64,000 nt of DNA from Takakia lepidozioides. Lineage: Eukaryota > Plantae > Bryophyta. Within the stretch, counting starts at the first letter, position 1. Each line of letters begins with the position of its first letter. The stretch spans positions 93,496,001 through 93,560,000 of the forward strand of contig CM060731.1 of assembly GCA_030704615.1 (NCBI GenBank). The letters are read 5' to 3'. The notes below the pieces were generated by a model. It ran no database searches. It saw only the letters and a list, made by a program, of their open reading frames with translations, and had not been told where the DNA came from. Positions 59,266-64,000 of the stretch are shown one piece after another. Both the position numbers and the translations under genes were made by a program.

Positions 59266-62200
59266 TTTGGAAAGTGCAAGCGGGAGGGCGGAGCTCCGCT
59301 CTCCCGCGCTGTTTCTCGCCACTTTTAGTAATGACTAATCTTGTTAGGGTTTTTCTATTTTCTCATCTTGTTCTTTGGTTTTATGCAAGCTTCTTTGGTG
59401 CCTCCGCTATGTTAGCTATCTCTAAGACTAGCTCTGCCGCCCCCATGGCCAAACCTTGCACTCCTCGCGATGCCTTGCAGCGCTGCTGCCGAGATCAAGG
59501 GAGTGGTTACTCTACCCTATATTGCCTGATTCATATGCTTCTTCTAAGCTCTGCTTTGCTGGATTCGGTGACTTTTTCCACCACTAAGTTCACTAGGGCC
59601 GCTTCTAGACCCCACCAAGCGGCTCTTCTTCGACAGATGTATGATCGCTCTCTGCTGCACGCCTCCAGCCCCTCTGGCTCTCAGAAGTATCGATTTTCCC
59701 CCTCCAAGCCAAGTTTTCCTCGTGCCGCTCTAAACTCGACCCTCACACGACTGCGACATTGTTCCCCATCGACAAAAAGTATGCGCATCTACAACAGGGA
59801 ACCCCCATGGTGGCCCAGCCCGAGGCACAAGATACCATCAACGTGTAGAAGGTCAGGCGGCTGCTCCATGTCCACTGCGAACAATCCCACGTACTTAGAC
59901 CAAGGGTTTCAAACGACGCAGCCTACTTCACAGCACCAGTAGTGGCAACCCCCTGGCAGTTCAATGGCGACCTGGTGGCGGTCTATGATGCATTCGCGAC
60001 GGGCTCCCACGTTCAAGGAAATCAGTGTTATGGGGATAAGGTACGATCTAGCTCTCGTTTGGTCTCGACCTTGCTCTCGTGTGCTCACCCTACCTGTTCA
60101 CTACCGGCCTAACGGCGCCAACATACCCTGCATAGTCATGTTTACGGGGCCCTCCCAACCTCCCGAGTCCCACCGGAAACAACACCAGTCATACCACCCC
60201 AAACCCCTCCCCCCCCTGCGTTTCAACTCGCTTGGGACAGGCTGAAGGGGCTCTGCCCCAACTCTGTCTTCATCAACCCTCCGGAGGTGTCTGGACTCCT
60301 CAAGGGAGCCCTTCAACATACCGCAACGGCTGTGTTCTGCATTAATGGGCTGCTGCCCGTTCTTCAAGCTAATGGTGGTGGCACTCCAGTATGGAGGATC
60401 GGTTTCTAGATAGGCCCATGTATGGAAAAGGCCTGGCGAGTGCGACTTCTCGACAATCCGATCTTCCACGTTGCCAGGATGCTCTACTCTCTGGCGGTCG
60501 GCTCCACAGGCAGGCACGCGCTGCTCTACCGGGTGGTTAGCGCTCTTGGGATGGCAGACATCCCCGTGGAGGGGCTCTTAATCAGGTCAGGTGATTCCCA
60601 CGGGTGCTTTATCTTAGTTGGCGTCCCTAAGTTACAGTGTGCTGATGCCAATGACACTAGTGTTGTGACTGGCGCCATCACAACACCCGCAATGCTGCCT
60701 TCGCCGCCGTCCCTTGCCATCTACATGCCATTTTATTCCTAGGGAGTACACCCGCCCCTTCTTCCCACCCTGGTTGTTCCCTCCCTCCCCCATGTTACCA
60801 CAAAAATTGCTTTACTCTTACTGCATCGTCTCTTTCTGAAAACCCAAAGGGACTGGCCTCCGGACCTTACTTCTACTGTATTCTCCTCATTTTCTGATAC
60901 CCTGTTGCCAGGTCTTGTATGGCATCTTGCAATCACGGGGTACCCAACTACTCTCTGGGACATACCACGCACACTCTCAAAGCACCCTGCGGATCAAGTC
61001 TTGTACTCGCGGCAGGCTGTCTCATATCGGCCAATACCCACGGTATTCCAGCTAATTTATCCAGGTATTCGACCGCTCAATGATCTATACCTGCAGGCAA
61101 ATTATCTCTGTTCAGGTAATCACTTCGACTCATCTCTATTTCCATTGTCAGTATTGCCTCCCTGCTTGCTGATAGCTGCTTCTCTGTCGATCTACCAATA
61201 CCAGACTGTGCCTGCCCAATTTATGCCCCTCTCTCCAATTATATGATCTGGCCCTGTCCCCTGCTATCACCCTTACTCTTCTCTCGCCGATATCTGTTCC
61301 TCGCTCTACTCTCTATCTCCTTTTTACAGGCTCGGCACCAAGCAAGGACCACTCAACATGCTACTTGGGCCTACTGGCTCCTGCTATTTCAAACAATTTC
61401 ACTCCAATGTTACTCCCCCCTCATGATTTTACACAAAGATTTCTCCGCCATGATCTTCCTCTATACCTCCCACAAAATTGGTTACTACCATTCTGTTATT
61501 CATCCAATGTCTACCGCTTACCATCCATCTCATATTTATCATCGTCTCCCAGATGTATATCATCCATTTTTTATTCACCGCCGCCTCATCCCGAACACCC
61601 GTGCCTCACCCTACCCTGCGATTTAATACCATTTCCCCCTCATGTGTCCACGGTATGTATTTCATCCAAGGACTATCATGTCCACATACCGCAACCTCAC
61701 ACAATACTCCTAAAGCTCCATCCACTATCCCCCGACCTGGAAATCTGTTACCCCACGCCACACTATCCTTCACATGGTGCCTTGCTATAACCTCTCCCAC
61801 AATGTTCTCTCAACCCCCACCTGCCAGTTCCCATCAGATATATTCAAATCTCGGACAACCCCACTCTCACACAATACCCCCTCAATATAACACACTGTTG
61901 GCACCATTCATCCTCTACACAATGTACGCATGCACATATGATATCTCGGCTGGAATGCTTTACTCAACAAAGTCGCCCTGTTTGCCTAAAAATCGAATTC
62001 CGGGATCACAGTGCAATCAGCTGGCCACAATCCCTGGCTCACACTAGTCTGCACCCCTGGCTGCGTTACACAACACAACTGATCTGTCTATATGCCCACG
62101 CCTACTCATACTTCCATCTGCAATGCCATGCCAACTCTACTACACTCTTATACAACCCACCAGCTGCTCCACCCATATATCCCCCCACACTATTCTCCCA

Positions 62201-62924
62201 CCAGCTACTTGCTCGTCCCCTTTATCAAACCGCTCCACCACAGACTGCCGAGCTGTGGCCCCACATCAAATGGAACTTCATGCACCTGGTGCCACAAGAC
62301 ACAACACTACAAACCCTAACCATTCTCAGCCCCTTCCCACATCGTTCTTCATACCACTGCAATATCATACAAAGATTTGCCTATACCCTATACCCAACAT
62401 AGTAAACTAAGCACCCCCCCAAATCCCTAGCAGCCAATTCACGCAACTCCTGTTATCATAACCAGCCTCATAAATCGACACATTACTCAGCTTCAGCCAA
62501 AATCCACCCTGTCTGCTTGCAAAATAGCTGCCACCCCACAACCACAACTCTACCTTGCCATATTACTCCATGTTAACTCCCTTTCCTTAATGCTGCACAT
62601 TAGACCTCCCACAAGCTGGCTACCTCCCCCCCCCAAAAAAAACACCTTCATCTTTACATGTTCTATCTCATCGCCGTCTCTCATCAATCGCTCCCTCCAC
62701 CAGCCCACATGCACATTACTCCGCATTACAATGGCCTCTGACGGCTCGTTGCCACCACTCCATTCCCCAAGCATCCCTCAGCCTCAGAATTTTGTGTGGC
62801 CTCGTCGTAATGAGGCCGCAGGGTGCAGAGGGGACAGGGACCTGACAGCGGGCCCCGCTACATTAAAATGATCCCTATTCCCCCGTTTCTCTTATTCTAG
62901 CGACGACCGAAGGTCGGAAGCTAG
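59266..62924. mobile_element. Unclassified insertion of about 3.65 kb bounded by hairpins
   Basis: Begins where transposase homology stops, with a 28-nt near-palindrome (59280-59307). Ends at the hairpin-CTAG (62897-62924). The interior is C/A/T-skewed with no recognisable domain. Confidence 0.4.
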
Positions 62925-63084
62925 TTTAGCATAGTGGTCATTTTTGATGCATTGTTGAGGGAGCGTAGGTGGTGCATTAAGATGTCGTCAATGACATCTT
63001 AATATGGGAGGTGCAACGATCACTGGTTCGGGTGTCTCCACTGCAATTTGTCTATCTCATACGATTGCCTGTCCTCATTTCAAG

Positions 63085-64000
63085 TGACCAGGATGCCATG
63101 TTGGGTGAATGGAGTGCAGCAGCCCTACGCGACAGATCTTGTCATCCTTGACATCCCAGATGGGCTTCCAGTGCCTGATATCATTCCCACAGATGTGACT
63201 CCAGCCTGGAATGCTCATAATCCACTTTACTGGCAGTGGGCCTTCTCTCTCAGCAACAAGTTTCTGTCTGACGCTGGGTCGCTTTTGATTTTCCAGGGTG
63301 AGGACATGACATCCCGCCGGTTGCTTCACAGCTACATGAAGTCGTCAGGGTTCAAAATCCGCAAAATTTGGACCTGTGTGAATACCCTGCCACTATCTAA
63401 TGCAGAGTTTCCTTGACAGAAGGTGCTCGCCTGGGCTTTTTTGTGTGTTATTGTTTCGTGGAATTTCCCTTCACAACGTTTCTAACATTGGTGCTGCTGC
63501 AGACACATGTGTTCAAGGCCATTTGTCTTGCTCAAATTCGGCCAGACACCACTCCTGTTCATGTTGGCCATTCGACGTTTGGGAAGGGGGGCTTCACATA
63601 GACCCTAAATGCGACCCTGTGCAATCCGATGTTATCCACAACTATGTGGACTCCTCCCAGACATTGAAAAAAACTGGTGGCATTCCATGGAGAAGTGATC
63701 GGGAGAAGTCACCCGCTTTCATGCAGACTTTGATTGAGACATGCAGCCGGCATGGTGGGAAAGTGGTGGACCTGTCCATGGGTACAGGTTGGTACCCAAT
63801 CAGATTCCATTGTTTGGGTGCACTTCTTTGCCTTCAGATTCTGCTTCTTACTTTGTTTCGTGGATCCATTTGCACTGTTGCAGGGGCTTCCTCCCATGCA
63901 TGCAAGTATGCAGGAAGGCATTTTTTTGGGATGGAGGGGGACGAACATCTCTACTCTCAAGTCATCGCACCTCTGTCTGGGGGTTCATCGCATTCGACCC
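63085..64000 (+). pseudogene. N6-adenine/N4-cytosine DNA methyltransferase-like gene (beta-class motif order), spliced, with frameshifts; runs to the window edge
   Basis: DLVILDIPDG (motif IV region), FLSDAGSLLIF, PWRSDREKSPAFMQTLIE, VVDLSMGTG|ASSHACKYAGRHFFGME (motif I) joined across the GT-AG intron 63788-63883. Confidence 0.78.

Noticed and set aside
60905-62871. Many overlapping plus-strand ORFs
   Set aside because: A by-product of G-poor composition, with no domain signatures.

Overview
Repeat-rich eukaryotic DNA, most likely from a seed-free land plant (bryophyte, lycophyte or fern). This is inferred from the PLS/DYW PPR genes and TE families; the taxon cannot be proven here. There is one clearly intact host gene, a spliced phosphoglycerate-mutase-like histidine phosphatase (about 12480-16817, +). 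The rest is nested mobile DNA and a scrambled PPR-DYW pseudogene cluster (about 47.9-54.7 kb). The main find is a Ty3/Gypsy-type retroelement family present three times: a young, near-complete copy at 33149-44943 (+), a decayed 3' half at 1097-6460 (-), and a 5' fragment at 17708-19520 (+). It combines four unusual traits. (1) A DNMT3-like C5 cytosine methyltransferase sits between protease and RT. (2) A PHD finger ends the integrase. (3) It has split direct repeats (A1-internal-B1-GC-A2-B2, TG...CA ends, 4-bp flanking repeat) instead of two ordinary LTRs, although it encodes a DDE integrase. (4) It has no tRNA PBS, but a 13-nt self-complementary pairing that covaries between copies. Other finds are a decayed, spliced N6A/N4C (beta-class) methyltransferase gene downstream of a CACTA transposase, a piggyBac-like TTAA element, an OSB-type PDF motif upstream of the PPR repeats, PPR fold-back hairpins, and a possible phage-type SSB gene beside a Helitron-like end. 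All family assignments come from recognising motifs by eye; no searches were run.
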